A stretch of 63,776 nucleotides of DNA, filler included, from Choristocarpus tenellus KU-1152 (taxonomy: Eukaryota > Protista > Phaeophyceae): the NCBI GenBank assembly GCA_964200185.2. It is 10 parts of 10 records of this genome, joined end to end, with 100 filler letters (N's around TTAATTAATTAA, not from the genome) between each part and the next. Parts side by side here need not be neighbours in the genome. Positions count along the whole stretch, not along the records: positions 34,620 to 40,433 come from CAXNAD020009690.1; positions 40,534 to 44,853 come from CAXNAD020015130.1; positions 44,954 to 50,950 come from CAXNAD020009207.1; positions 51,051 to 58,585 come from CAXNAD020005995.1; 6 more parts are not named here. The stretch is one strand, 5' to 3'. Under the pieces are notes generated by a model that had not been told where the DNA came from, did no database searches, and saw only the letters and a program-made list of their open reading frames with translations. The first letter of the stretch is position 1; each line of letters opens with the position of its first letter. Shown here piece after piece: positions 39,041-53,134 of the stretch. The translations under genes were made by a program, and so were the position numbers.

Positions 39041-40264
39041 CTTCAGTAGGGTTAGACATTTGTGTGGAGGGAGGGGTACATTCTGTTTGCACATCTTGAG
39101 TGCGCAATATCTCTCACTTGACGGTTTGATTATTTGCTGTGAGATAATAATCAGTGGTAGTATTGCATTTTTGAGGAACCACATCACAATTCCATAGACG
39201 GTGTGTTCTCTCCTTGAAAAATGCTTCCACCCATTACTATTAGATATTTCTTCGAAGTATGATACAATACCAGCCAAAATATTGTTGCTTATTGTTTTGA
39301 TATTCACAATCAAACCCACCATCCCTTACATGGTGCAACAGGTAAAACCTGTCTAGCGCTCTGTCTTCAATTCTCAGCATATTCCCCCGCACATGGTGGA
39401 AGTATATTTCATGCCCTGCTACTATTTGAACCACACTTGTCACATCACTGAGCATTTCGTGGGTGGGTACACTGCACTCACTCCTCAGACCTTATCCTAT
39501 ACATGTCTACCTGCCAGATATTCCTTATCTGTCCTAACTTGTAGTCATCTTCATTCAAGTCAATACTTTGCTGCACCATCCAAGGGGTGACATGATTTCT
39601 TTGGATTTGCAATGCCATATTACCCACTACCTCTGGCATCAAAAGAAGGACAGAGTCAGGTACGCCAGATGGATGAAACTCCTGATCAACCCAGGCGCCA
39701 TTTTGGATCTGGCTTCAAACTCATGTACCACATCAAGCCACGTTTTCCTGACCACATTGCAGGTTGTAATTCCCTCTTGCAAGTGAGATGACACACCACG
39801 TACATGTTTGCCTGTCATGGTATCCACCTGTCTGGTCAGAAGCAATGAGACAGTCACCATAGCAATGAGCTTAGAAGGATCCAGGAACAACAGAGAAAGA
39901 AATTACACATCATGCAAATTAAGCATATTCGTATCAGTATAGCTCTTTGAACTGCATATAATGCAAGTTTGTTCCCAAAAATCTGTACCACTACAATTCC
40001 GTAAATCTCGGCATTTTTCAAGACTTTTGAACCACCTTCACAGCGCTAGTCTAGAGAAGCAACTGACTGTATTGCGATTGTGAATGAAACATAACAATAG
40101 CATTATAAAAGAAAATCAAATACTGATCTCGGAGAGCAAAAATCGTACATTGCACATAAGGTTTTGTGCGATTAAAACGCAACAACAATAGTATTAAAAT
40201 AGAAACTCAAAACGCTGATGTAAGAGAAAAAAAATAGTACGTTGCAAGTAAGGCTTCTTCGAGC

Positions 40265-40384
40265 ACGATTTTTGGGTGATTTGGTTGCATTCTTCGGATG
40301 GATCATATAAATGCACTTTTCCTGATTTGGGGTTAAATGAACACCCTGGTGTAGATCCCCCCCCCCCCCCAGATACTTTGGGTC
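40265..40384 (-). mobile_element. MITE family B, partial
   Basis: gatttttgggtgatttggttgca ... ccccagatactttgggtc. Confidence 0.85.
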
Positions 40385-40624
40385 ATTATAGCATATTGGT
40401 TGAGAAAGGTTGTGCGTGGACTTCTATTGAGGGNNNNNNNNNNNNNNNNNNNNNNNNNNNNNNNNNNNNNNNNNNNNTTAATTAATTAANNNNNNNNNNN
40501 NNNNNNNNNNNNNNNNNNNNNNNNNNNNNNNNNTTTTTGCTGACATCTGCCCCAACGCAAGTCTTCCTTGCACCTTGCATATCTCACTGACAGAGTCCCC
40601 CCCCTCCCCCCGTCTACCTTGCAG

Positions 40625-41842
40625 GAGCTTCCCCCAGATAATGATGTTTACGTACGACGAATCGGGAACCGTTCCCCCAAGCAGACTTCATGGGCATTTC
40701 ATGATGACAAAGTTTGATGGGGTTGACAATGACTGGGTGGTTGAACGGAGGCTATTGGAGAATGGCTTCCCCTGGCCCCGATTCGCCCATTGCCCTACGT
40801 TTGATTTTCTTCCCCAGGTGCTGTTATATAATTTGTTCAACCTCACCACATCACACTCCAAACTAGCTTGCGCTTTTGACTCTTAAGGTGTTGCTCTAAT
40901 GCAGCAGGCTTTGAAAGAGGAGGAAATTGGTCAGGGTGGAGGAAGTTGTGGAGGGGTGTGTGGGGTGTGGTGGCCGCTGCGTGCCTAGTGGAAGCTAATG
41001 CACAGCAGTGAGACAGAATGAGGTGATATAGAGACAAAAACCTTCTGCATCAGTGCAAAGTAGACTTGGTCCTGACCAGTAGTGGTTCTTTCTCCTTGGT
41101 GAATGATGGAATTTGTCAACCCCCCAACAGCCATGGCTTGTCATAGACTGCATTGTTGTACATGTTGAGGGGCTAGCAAAGACTGAGAACGTTGTTGTGT
41201 ATGATGATTTGAGCAATGCAGGCAACCAGGTTTTACTTGACTGGTAATAGTTCCCTTTCAGGCTGTAGTTCAGGGGGTGGGGCAGAGCGATAAGGTTTCA
41301 AAATTGTGTGCCTATGGTAGCCTTCTTGACTCATCGATTGCACACCATTATCTGTATACAGAGCACAATCTCCTGCTTGCTTGTCTCCCAAGAAAGCTAT
41401 AGATCGATTCTACACTCTCCTTGACCAGGCTTGTGGATAATGGTTTGAATATTATGTTATCGGACATCGAAATTCTTTCTCAGACACACAACGTGGGGTT
41501 CTGGATTTTAGAAGGGTTACTAGTCCTTTGTTTAGGCGGAGCGATGTCAGTTTGTAGGCCTTCAAGCTGGGTATAAGATGTGGATGAGGGTATATTGACA
41601 GTCGTGCTGTATGACAGCAGACGTAGGTAGACGGATTTGCCAAGCTGGTTGAGTCATTTTTGAAGCAAGCTGTTGATTGTAATGTCCAGGGTGAGATGTA
41701 TGGGTGTGAGGGAGGGGGGGGGGGGGGGGATCTAAAAAGGCTTGTTTTTGCCCGATGNNNNNNNNNNTTTTTGGGAGGAGAGGGGGTGTGGGTGGGTTTT
41801 TTGGGTTTGTTTTTGTTTTTTTTTGGGAGTGGGGTTTTGGTG

Positions 41843-41894
<52 letters not shown>

Positions 41895-44621
41895 ATCTAG
41901 ACAGACTTGTGTTTGCCTCACTGGCATTTTGCAGGGCTCCTCTCTTCATGTTTGCAGAGTACTGCTTAATCAGAGTGAGACTCTTGTTGGGTTCGTGTTT
42001 GGAGGTCAGACTTGCTGGTGTGATGTGTCATTGCCTGGAGCATATTAGTGTCCGTCATTTTCTCAATGTAGTGAGTGTTTGATGGCAGTAAAGGTGTATG
42101 GTGTGGTCATGGCTGTGATTTGTAGGTACATCTGTCAACTTGCTTGGGTGAGACAGGCAGCAAAGTTGTATATTAGCCCTCTCCCTGATTTTATTTTTTA
42201 TAGTAACCCAGCTAGCCACATCAGACACTACTCCATCCATCAATTTTTTCCCCAGATTGATCTTACATGCTATCATCCAGTGAAAGAGCACTTGCACATA
42301 GCCCTCATATGCAGCTTGTGGTGTGTTGAATGTTTTTCCGACGTTAAAGATGCATTGAAACCCAACAATTAATTTTCATGCTTTTTGGTAATGTTTATGT
42401 TCAATTCAAAGGTGTTGCTCTGTGATAGAGTGTTTGCAGTGGACACTTTTGTTTCCTTATCGTCATGGTGGGAGAAACTGGATTAAAAATTTTGTCTGAA
42501 CCAAGGTTCTAAGTTGGGCACAACATTGCAGAAGGTTTGGTATATTTTAATCACCAGTTGGTCCAAGTTGTGGTGGAATAATGATGGGGAAAGTCATTGC
42601 CAAACAAGTAATGCCAGCATATTATGGAGAGTACTATCCTAGGGCTGCTGATGGACAAAAAAGGTGTGATGATAAGCCGTTGGTTGGTCATTGAAGATCT
42701 ACTACATAGTACTCTGGAGAATTTATGAACCCGCTGCTGTTAGTACCTGAGTGGTCCGAGGTAAGAGGTAGGGGAAATGAAAAAACCAAGACGGAAACAT
42801 TATATTTCTTTCATTTTTAAGAAGAAACAGAGTATAGGTTTTGGAGGATCTCGTGACATTATGCTCGTTGCTAAACTACCAATAGGGAATGATCCACAAA
42901 CACTGTTGGTTGGATTATTATCCTCCGGTAGGATTCATACCAGGAGACACTTCATCAGTTATATAATATGCTGAGTCACACCCCGGATTGCTACCTGCCT
43001 CTAGCTCAATGTACCACACGGTATATCATCTTTACTGTCTTGTTCTATCAACTGCATGGCAATGGAGTGTTTCTCTTCAATGGTGGCTGAATACAGTTTA
43101 CTGTGTCAAGAGGTGCAATGTATCAAGAGTGCTTCGAAATAGAACATGTAACTACATGGATTTTTTCCACCTAAAATGGAATAGAGAAAGGCGTTAGGCA
43201 TTAGCTTATTATCTCTCAAACAGTATATTACATGGGTTCAAAATTTGTTTGGAGAGGGCTAGTAACTTACTGCGGTTGGTTGGGTGTGCACATCTGCAAC
43301 CCTCTGTGAGGTATGTCTATTCTTGGGTCACTGGTGTTGGGCTAGGGTAATAATAGAGCGGATCATGATAAAATTGTTGGATACCCCATAGGATGGAAAT
43401 ATATGTTTTGCAGAACATTGCAACAATGCCATGAGGCACAAGTTCTGCAATTTTTGGAAGAATCATATCATCTGTCAAGTTTGGACAACTTGACACTTGC
43501 ATATTGTTGCTATTCACAGATGGTATGAGTTGCTGCTCCATACAACCTACAAGCAGCACACTTAGTTGCCCTTTATGCACACTCTATTCCCCTCATCCAT
43601 GCCACATGTCGAAGTTTCCGTGAAATTTTTTCTCATCCCCTCATCCCCCCAACAATCTTATTGTACCTTGTACAAATGGCATGCGCACACATGGACGCAT
43701 GGCACAAACCTGAGGTAACTTTTCTCATGATTGCCCTATTAATCCTTGAAGTCCTTACGTTATTGCACGAGCCCTTTGGTCTAGATAGCAAATAATCAAT
43801 ATTCAAACAATTTGATCTCCTGCGTAGGGTTTTCTGTTGTTGCTTGATTTTTCTTCGTATTTACCACTTTACTACTGTGTGTGTTATTCTTTTTGTTTGT
43901 AGAAGAGCAAACAGATGAAGAGGAAACAATTTTATTACACATAGAATTTCACAGTTTTTCAATATTTTGCTATTGCTTTGTGGTAATAATTCGCTAATGT
44001 TGCGTGTGTTTTGGTCTGGAGTGTTACAGGCACAACACACTGTTGCCCTTCTAATGAAACATTTATGTCATAGCATAAATTGTACTGACATAGCATTATG
44101 TTGTGTTCTAAAACTCTGTTTTAAGAATCAATGAAACAACGTAACATTTTGTACTACAGCACAATATAATGGTGAATGCACTTGCATGGTTGGGGGGGTA
44201 GATAATTTGAAGAATCAACGGAAACGATACAACTTCTGGATTATCCACCCCACATTACCTATCATCACCAGACAACATTTGAATTACAGAAACAAAGCAT
44301 GGCGGAAAAAAAAGTTACTCCATCAGGTGTGTTGAAATACCAAACCCTATCTCCCTAATTCGTTCTCAGCTATAGCTGAGGACAGCAGGGCTGACACCCA
44401 TGTTGTTTTCATAGATATTGATGTTGTGGAGGGCGCAGAGAAGCTGCAAGTTGTTTCCCTCACAAGCAGCATCTTGACCTCTGTCATGCCAGTGGTTCGA
44501 CAGGTGGTTCCAACAAAGGGGTTGTCGCTGGTAGCACCAAGCCTGTATTGATTGATAGTGCCTGGGGTCGTCAGGACAGTGATCGCTACTTTCATACCTT
44601 GAGACGGATAGGTAAAGTCAA
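40625..44621 (+). CDS. Putative exons of an unidentified gene or pseudogene
   Basis: Splice-site-bounded coding-like blocks at ~40625-40817, ~41626-41689, ~42558-42760 and ~44415-44621. No recognisable domain, and some blocks contain stops. Confidence 0.3.
41845..41893. repeat. Long poly-G run beside a 10-N gap (low-quality sequence)
   Basis: About 49 consecutive G, with G/T-only sequence at 41768-41845. Confidence 0.8.
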
Positions 44622-44686
44622 AGGTGCCGGCGAAGAAAGTGATCGGTTTGACCATATACCATTAGGACCTGCAACTGGAGGAAGTT

Positions 44687-44841
44687 GGCTCAAAGTATTT
44701 GGGGCCAATTTTTTCATGTTGCGATGTTTGTGTGACTTGGTTCCATACGTCGGGTGGATAATGTAAGTACACTTTTCCTGGTTATGGCCCAAATGGACAC
44801 CCTGGTGTACACCCCCCTTCCCCCCCCAGATACTTTGGGTC
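44687..44841 (-). mobile_element. MITE family B with a small internal deletion
   Basis: agtt|ggctcaaagtatttgggg ... ccagatactttgggtc|agta. Confidence 0.88.
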
Positions 44842-44954
44842 AGTACTAGTAAANNNNNNNNNNNNNNNNNNNNNNNNNNNNNNNNNNNNNNNNNNNNTTA
44901 ATTAATTAANNNNNNNNNNNNNNNNNNNNNNNNNNNNNNNNNNNNNNNNNNNNC

Positions 44955-47900
44955 GTGAGCATGGTGGGGGGGGGGGGGGGGAAGCAGGGGGGTAGGGAGA
45001 GCAGTAATGCTGATGTGGGTGGTGGCATTGACGAGGAGAACTGTCCCACTGCAATTGAAGTTGATTCCGAGGATCTGTTCAGTGTGGAGAAGGCGGAGGA
45101 CAGATCCTTCCTGGCGCAGACGTTAATGCACTGGTGAGAAATGAAGAGTTTTTTTTTTTCTTGGAGGTTGAAGTAAAAGGCGGAGAGTAGGTACTTTTCT
45201 CACTTTTTTTGTTTTAGTGTGGGAGAAAGAGGATCTGCTTCTTTTTTTTTGTATTTTTGTCTTGTGTGTGGATGGGTTGGTAAGCCCAGAACAAAATATA
45301 AATAAAAGAAGAACAAAATATCTTTTTTGGAAAGATTTCTACTGTATTCGAGAGTCTCTCCCTCCCTCCCCCCACTGCATTGTTTGGGATCCCTTTGACT
45401 CGGATTCCTTTTTTTTGTGTAAGAAAAAACCAATCCTCTGGACAGTGACAGCTTGGACTCATTTGGACCCTCAATGGAGGGAGCGGTTCCTTCTTTCTCT
45501 TGCCATATTTTGAAATATTCTCCTGGGAAATTAAGTTCAAATACTCTGAAGTATTTTTTAATTTAAATTAAGAATTGTCCGAACAGATTATGGTTGTATT
45601 TTTTTTATTGTGTGTGTGTGTGTGTCTACTCTCAGTTATTGGATGGTGCAGTGGGAGGCGGAAAGGCCGCAACCCCCAACATGCAGAGAGATGTCTTTTT
45701 GAAGGGTTTTTTTTTACCTCTCACCAAAAGGGTAGAGTGCTCAGTATTCTTGAGTTCGGTCGATATGACATCTACACTTACGTCTCTATAAGAACAGATT
45801 TCCAACACAAAATAAAACTTTCCACATTTTTTTTGTTTTCCTTCTCTTTAACTGCCATGCCTCGCTACTCTCTGTGGCAGCATTAGATTGTCATATATAT
45901 ATTTAATAATAATAATAATAATAAGTGTGCATTGTTTTGATGGCATTCTGAGTGACCCCTGTACAAATTTGTTTTTGGACTCTTGAAAGACTGGTTGCTG
46001 CTGGTCGTCAATGAGACACCTCCACAAAGAGGGGGGGAGGGGGGGGGGTGTTTCCTTTAAGAGAAGAAACATGTGAAATTACCACGTGGACAGAAGTGGA
46101 AGATTATAGAAATATGATGGCATGGTTCTAATCAGGAATTAATGCAATGGGGCAGTTGCTGCACTCAGGTCACTTATTGCACCTCTTTGACCCCTATACA
46201 TTGAGGCTGACTAAACTGCACAAGTTGCTGTTTCTAGTCTTTTGTGTTTTTGTTTTTTATATTTGGTATTTGGTTGTTATACCGAGGCTAACCCAACCCC
46301 CTTTGTCCAACCTGATGGTGACTGCCTGTCATCTCCCTGTCCACTTTTCTGTTCAACCTTTGCGCCTGCTTGCCTGCCTGCCTGCCTGCCTTGCTCCAAC
46401 AGCGCGGACCTCTCTGGGCAGGTGATGGAGATCAGTATTGCACTAGAATGGGGAAGGCGTATCATCGAGGAGTTCCACAACCAGGCAGAGATGGAGGCAG
46501 CAGCAGGTCTCCCTGTGACTTGTGCTGTCAGTAAAGATCCGGAGAGTGCCATGAAGGGGCAGCTGTTCTTCCTCAGTAAGGTGATTCTTGGGGGGATCAG
46601 AGTGGGGATAAGGGAGATTGTTCAAGAGTCACTGAACCCTAACCCTAACCTGTAGTAGGGATTCCTCGGGTCTAAGTCACTGAGGTAGTGGGCACTAATT
46701 GTCGTTTATTATTATTATTAAGTCACTGAGGTAATGGGTCACCACCCTGCTGGCACCTGGGTCGTCATGCTGTTGACGAGATGGCATGCTTATCAGTAGT
46801 ACTATTTGTACTGCCATTACCCACTTGTATGCTGATTCGAGGGCGCGAGCTCATCTTCCCCGGATCACCTCTATGCTTGTGGTGTTTTATGCTTGTATCA
46901 GGAAAGTTGTTGAATCAGAACAGTGTTAATTGTGACACACTTGATTGAATCTGGGGCATGCCGTGACTGGATTTTTTTTTTGCTGTGTAGGGTTGAACTT
47001 CAGGTAGGTAAGGGTTGGTGGGGGGGGGGATCTGATAACAGTTTCAAGTATCCACACTATGGTTTTGCTCCCAACGATGATGGTTGAACTTTTTCTTTTC
47101 TTTTCCTGGGTGTCGTGTGGGTCTTATGTCTCCCACCCAGCCTTGACGTGATTTGCTTGCTCTGAAAGATGCAATTAATCTCTCCCTCCCTGCCTTTATT
47201 GATTTGAGTCCAGCCTTGGTGATGTTCTTTGATAATATCTCCACTGTTTGTACGATTCACTGTACCGCTGGTCTGACGATCGCCTGTCTATTTATATATA
47301 TATATATATATATACTCTGCCCGCCCCTATTGGTGCTCGCTAACAGCAATCTGCAGTGCAACCGGGTATGGTTGTCCATTGCCCCCATGCCTCTCACTCA
47401 ACCCAATGATGGTTGAGTGATCAATGCCAGCATACAGTAGATTGGCTCCTCGAAGGCTGATTGTGGTTAATATCGTGATAGTATCGTGATGGTATCGTGA
47501 TAGTGCGTAGGTTAATGTCGATTTTTTTTCTTTTTCCTCCATCATCATGACCTCCGTGGCTGTATCCCATTTGGTAGATAGATAGCCTTCCTGCCTGACC
47601 TTGGAGTGCTAACTATTAGTAAGTGTAGAGGGGTGGCCCATCTCGACCTGGTCAGTGATCTTGTTCTCACAACTTGTTGAATGTAATGTTGAATGTGTAG
47701 GGGCGATTGTCAAACTCTGCCAACCATATTGTCTGCACTCCAGCGGGGCAGCTTTTGCTTTATTGAGTCCAGTGCAACAGTGAAGCCCACACTGATTGGT
47801 CGGCGACCCTTTGGCATCTACCTACCATCTTAGGGTTAGGGTTGCTATCCACAACGCCTGCCCATCTTATTTTTCCCAAAAGTGCGTTTCAGTTATCTCA

Positions 47901-48521
47901 ATTCGCCGCTTGAAAAGTAGCATACCTCGTTGATATTGAAAACTGCGACAAGCCATGTATGCCACCCCCTGCTCCCCACTGGGGGTCACTTTGTGAACCA
48001 AAAAAAGAAAAGTTGGAAGCAAGATGTAACTGCTTCCCAGCAACAAGTTATGAACTAATCTATGCCGCCCCCCACCCCCATTGCTGCCATCGTGTTGCAC
48101 TAACCAATAATACATCATTACCCAGATCGTGATGCCGCTTTGGGAGCCTTTTGTGTCCGTCTTCCCAGAGCTCGACCCGCTTCTGGCTAACCTCCAAAAC
48201 AACTGCCAGTACTATCAAAGGGAATTAGCCAAGTGTGGAAAACAGGGAAGCTCAAGGAGTAGGGAACCAACCGCCTCTCACTTGAGCACTGTTGCTGATG
48301 CACCTGCTGCAGTGGGGGACTCTGCGTCTTCCCTGCCTGCAGCAAGAACACCCTGTGGACCCCACAGGCCAGGAAGGGAGGGACTTCGGGGAAGGGGTAG
48401 TGGAAGTAGAGCTGGGGGCTGGCTCGTGCCAGGAGGCAAGGGGCGACAAACATCAGTGGGAGGGACTGCTGGCGCATCAACTGGTTCAACTGTGTCTCCT
48501 GTGACTACAAAGTGTTTGTAG
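44955..48521 (+). CDS. Class I 3',5'-cyclic nucleotide phosphodiesterase, C-terminal part of the catalytic domain (last three exons)
   Basis: Exons ~44955-45133, 46403-46580 and 48126-48521 splice in phase to FLAQTLMHCADLSGQ...ALEWGRRIIEEFHNQAEMEAAAGLPV...KGQLFFLSKIVMPLWEPFVSVFPELDPLLANLQNNCQYY. This matches the PDEase_I motifs ADLS, W...EEF..Q and the invariant Q..F. Confidence 0.92.
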
Positions 48522-50248
48522 TGAAGATGGATGATGTCTTGTGTGTGTGTGCGTGTTTGTAAAGCTTATAAATGAGACCCCCCTCCTTGGAAGGTTTTGC
48601 TCTTTCTGCTGGGGATAGAGGGTTGCTTGTTTCCATCGCCGACTGCCTGGTCTGGCTGTACTCTTCTTCTGGTTGTGTTCCTGCCACGGGAAGAGGTCCC
48701 GTGCTCTCTGGTGAATCACAAGTAGCAACAGTACAGTATTGCTAGCTAGGTTGTGTAAGGGGTGATGGTATGTATTGAACCTCAGTGTGGATTATGATGT
48801 GAGCAAGATGTTCGCTGATGCTTGTGCTTGTGCTTGTCTCCAATTTTTGGCCTTGTTTTATTCTGTACTTGTGTTGTTTGAGCGGGTCAACCCCCACCTG
48901 GGGTTTCTAAAGCGATTTTTGCCAGCTCCTACTGGTGTGCCCGTTGACTTTTCAACACCTTTCGTGGCGTAAGTACCTTTTTGGGGTGTCATCTGATTGT
49001 GTTCGGACGGGTTTATCCATGCAGGCGTTCATGACTATATTGTATAGGGTTTGTTGCTACAGCTCTGCTGCTCATGTGCAACATCGGAAACTTTGAGAAA
49101 TTTCCTTACGACTATTGGGATTTATTTTTTTGACAAAATAGACAGTTTCTGCCTTGAAAAAGGACAGTCGTGGCAGTTGACCGGGAATCTCTGACGCCGG
49201 AATTTGAATGCATTGTATATCGTCAGTGGATCCCCTCATCGTCCTGCTGGGGAAGCTTGGCGCAACCTTTCTATGTTGCTCTTGACTGTGAAGCAAGGCA
49301 CCTGTAATATCGGTCTGGGATTCAGTTTCCCTTTTTTTAAGGAAAATGAACAGGATTGGGTGAAAAGGGGGATATATAATAGAGGTAGCAACAAGCTGTT
49401 GATATGTCTGTTTCTATTAACGAGGTTCTGCGACACTGGACCTGGGGGAGGGGGGGATTGTTTCGACTCAAGTATTTGACCATTTACACTTTTGTAAGTA
49501 AATGGGGGAGAGACTGGAAATGTTGGTTTGCTGCTATTGTCGGGCTGTTTTGTTTTTTCACACAATTTGTGAGGGGTGTAAGTCTGTGTGCTAAGTTGGA
49601 GCAAAGGTGATTTTTATATATTGGCAGAAGCAGCTCTCTCCATACGTCCTGGGCTGAGGGTGTGCGTTTTTTGCTTAACCCTGTTACGAAGATCATCCTG
49701 GCTGCTTTTCTGTTGGAGAGCTCTTTAAGCTACCATTGGTAGATCTCTACAACTGATGCGGACGGATTAGTCAAACCATTCTTGTGTTTTGTAATGGAAC
49801 AGAGTGAGAGAGCAAACACAGCGATTATATCTTTGTTTATATAAAGTTCCAGTAAATAATAAAGACGATTTTTTTAGTAAATGTTTCCGAAATGGTCGGA
49901 GTGGCAATGAAGTTTGAATTATGATTATTTTATGTTGATTCATGGCCAAACAATTTTTAATATCAAAGAAGGCATCACCATCACCATTGAAAAGCTCATC
50001 TTGTATTCATGGATTTTACTCAGCAGAGCTTTAGAGCTTACTCCACAGGAATACAGGAAATGAAACGATCTTGCGGAACTTATTGCATCTAAGATTCGAG
50101 GGGGTGAGTGGTGGGGTGACTGAGTGTCAACACTCAAGAGGCAAAAAGTTTGAAAAGACTGAATTTGGCTTTGTTGTAGGCCAACGATTTAGTATAGTAT
50201 GAGAAGTAGTAGTGCAATGTTTAGTACCTCTACCCGGGGGTTAGAACT

Positions 50249-50321
50249 GCCGATTTCAAAAATTGAGGATGGGCTTGACCATCCTCAATGAAAAGCTCCA
50301 TCCTCAATTTTTGAAATCGGC
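50249..50321. repeat. Perfect 24-bp inverted repeat (hairpin) with a 25-nt spacer
   Basis: gccgatttcaaaaattgaggatgg (50249-50272) / ccatcctcaatttttgaaatcggc (50298-50321). Confidence 0.9.
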
Positions 50322-50906
50322 TGTTTTAGGGTGAAAAAGATGCACCTGATACTTTAAAATAATGGAACGTTGTCGCCTTTTTTTTTTCGAGTTGAGCAAC
50401 AAAAGAATATATGGTTGGAAATATTGGGGTAAGGAGGATGCAATGAAGTTGGTGTGAGGTCCTAACTCCACGTGGAACCCAAGAGAAGGGTCATTTTTAC
50501 CTCAATTTTGAACAAAAACTTCAGTCCCCCAAAGTAGGTTGGAAACACTTCAAACGAAATATTTCCAACAGGTCGATTCATCCCATGAAATAGTTACGGA
50601 ATGAAAGTTGACTTCCTAACACGTTGATCAAACTGTAGTGGCACCTTCGACTCACGGTGCAGTGTGTAAAGAGGTATATAATCTGAATATTCCGAATTTT
50701 CGGGGGGTATATATCTTTTTTCATATTTACGGAATTGATGTTCAAGTCCACGGCGTTGAGTTTGTAGTTGGAATCCTGATATACCCAGAACTCAAATCTT
50801 TAGGTTATCAAATTTGAGCCATGCAGCTGATAGCAAAACACGATTCGTCCATTTAGATAATTATAGTTTTCCCTTCAGCTTCCTCCTTGTTTGCCCCCCA
50901 GCGTCA

Positions 50907-50950
50907 GGGTCAAAGTATCTGGGTGGGGGGTGTCGGCGTCCGTTTTTCAC
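50907..50950 (+). mobile_element. MITE family C terminus at a contig end (other termini at 53135-53226 and 58686-58728)
   Basis: gggtcaaagtatctgggtggggggtgtcggcgtccgtttttcac: same TIR core as family B with a different subterminal sequence. Confidence 0.75.
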
Positions 50951-52336
50951 NNNNNNNNNNNNNNNNNNNNNNNNNNNNNNNNNNNNNNNNNNNNTTAATT
51001 AATTAANNNNNNNNNNNNNNNNNNNNNNNNNNNNNNNNNNNNNNNNNNNNCCCCCCTCCCCAGATACTTTGGATCAGAACTTGGCTTCTTCGCAGATGTC
51101 TTCACTTCGGTCAAAATGGACAGATACGCGGTAAATCCATGTTCGTCTACCTTGAGGTACAACGATGACTATGAAAGATCATCTCATGGTGATGAGGATT
51201 GTGTCACACAGGACGTGGATGACTCCAGCGATGCATCTGATGTGGGGATCACCGAAGCCTTCATGGAGGCGTGCGTCACCGAGCTCCTACAATCAGCAAC
51301 GAAACCTGCTTCTTCATAGTATTGAGTGCAGACTCAAATCCTCACCCAAGTCATATACGACCAAGGGTTCAGAATCATCAAGGCCGGTAAGGGGCCGTTT
51401 CTCTTGTTTTCGGGGATGAATGCTACGTCCACGAGTCCACACAGGTAAAACTCAGCGATCGCGGAGGGAAGCCAGGCAACATATTGCGTCCCGAGCATGT
51501 GGAAGAACTCCAGGCGAGGAAGGCTATCTTCTTGAGCCTCATGAAGTCCGAATCTTGGAACGCCAAGTACTCCACACGCCGAAATCTATGGCACCTTCTT
51601 GTCGAGACATACCCTAATCTCACAGAGTGGTGGGAGAAGGGTGACGAATGCAATTTCGAGTCCGCCCACCAATTGAAATAGGGCTTCAGTGGTTTCAGTT
51701 TTTGTTGAAGTGCGGGTAGAGTTACAGTTACACTGATTCATGCATCAGTGTACCTTGCCTTGGTGTCCGACTACCATGTTCATGCACTTTCCATTCCATG
51801 AGTTATGTATTTAGACAGTGGTATCGGATACATTGCTACCAGTCAGAGTCGTCAGTGTATCATATATCATGCTCACGTTGAGGATTAGACCTGTGTTAAT
51901 ATTTGTTTAAAGGAGCGTGTCTGCTACGAGGTTTAGACAACTAAAATGTAATACATGAATCAAACAGCTCTTCTCCATCTTCTCAGCTAACCTTCCCAAA
52001 CAATTCGCCAGGGCCTGCAATGGATACCCTGTCCTTTTCAAAGCTGCTATTTATTCCTTGAACACTATAATGCATCTCCCCCCTTCTCCTCATTACTCTA
52101 TGCACCATCTCATGCTTTGTCCAAGTGTCGGCAAACTAGAACCGATCTCGTCCTCCTTCCAATCTTGGAGGATCATATGCCGAAGTCCACGCACGATGCT
52201 CCTAAGCACAGCAGCACCAACCCAGGACCTCTGAAATGTACCTTGAAATACTTTCAGAGAACGTACGACAATAGACCTTGATAACAACCATGCGTATACA
52301 CCTCCAGAATCCGTCCAAGCATTGCATGAGAGATAT

Positions 52337-52511
52337 GACTCAAAATATCTGGGTGGGGTAGCGGCTGTCCATTTGGGGGCAATTTTTTCATATCGCGATT
52401 TTTGGGTATTTGGTTGCATACGTCAGATGGATAATGTAAAGGCATTTTTCCTGATTTGGGGCCAAATGGACACTCTGGTGTAGACCCCCCCTCCCCCAGA
52501 TACTTTGAGTC
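52337..52511 (-). mobile_element. MITE family B, TSD ATAT
   Basis: atat|gactcaaaatatctggg ... ccagatactttgagtc|atat. Confidence 0.92.
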
Positions 52512-53134
52512 ATATAATACACTAACCCGAAAACAAAACCTGACCCTTTTCCCTTCCTTCATACCAACAACTTCAACCCTAACACCCTCAGCGACAACCA
52601 CGTCTGTTTACATCCTAAATCCGATACATGCATGCAAATAAACGAAGTATTACATTTAAACTGTGCATGATATATGTTTTGGTTCCTCATGCACACACCG
52701 GGAGAACAGGCCTGAACTGACAGTCCCCTTTGTGTACATAACAGACACGACTCATGCAAGCAAATAAACGAAAAAAGCAACCTCGCAACAGCCCATAGTC
52801 GTTTTTTCAGTTCCTCATCCTAACAGTGGGAAAACACACCCTAACCGACAGCCCTCTTTATGTGCTAACCAAATCCTACTCATGCAACCAAACAAACCAT
52901 TATCCAGCCCTGGAACAACCTAACCCGTATCTCTTTTTCTTCATCGTAACTGCACGACCAACATACATAAACCAATAATCCAGTTTGAAAAGACTCGACA
53001 TTCGACACATGCAATCTTCGAAACTCCTAACCAAACCCAAATAAATGGTGGCACATATTCCCATTCTTCTTGCGTACGGCAAGGACAGAAAGGAACCTAA
53101 CCAACAGTGGTCCTTTTTTTGCTGACATTTCAAA

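Noticed and set aside
41452-42082. Poly-Pro/poly-Gly ORFs
   Set aside because: They are translations of a poly-G run next to an N gap; low-quality sequence.
44415-44621. In-frame TGA (Y*CC) after a possible acceptor, suggesting selenocysteine
   Set aside because: The exon boundary is unverified, no selenoprotein homology was recognised, and no SECIS element was identified.
49940-50010. FSMVMVMPSLI resembling cox1 FFMVMP
   Set aside because: The match is too short and the flanks do not continue the COX1 pattern.
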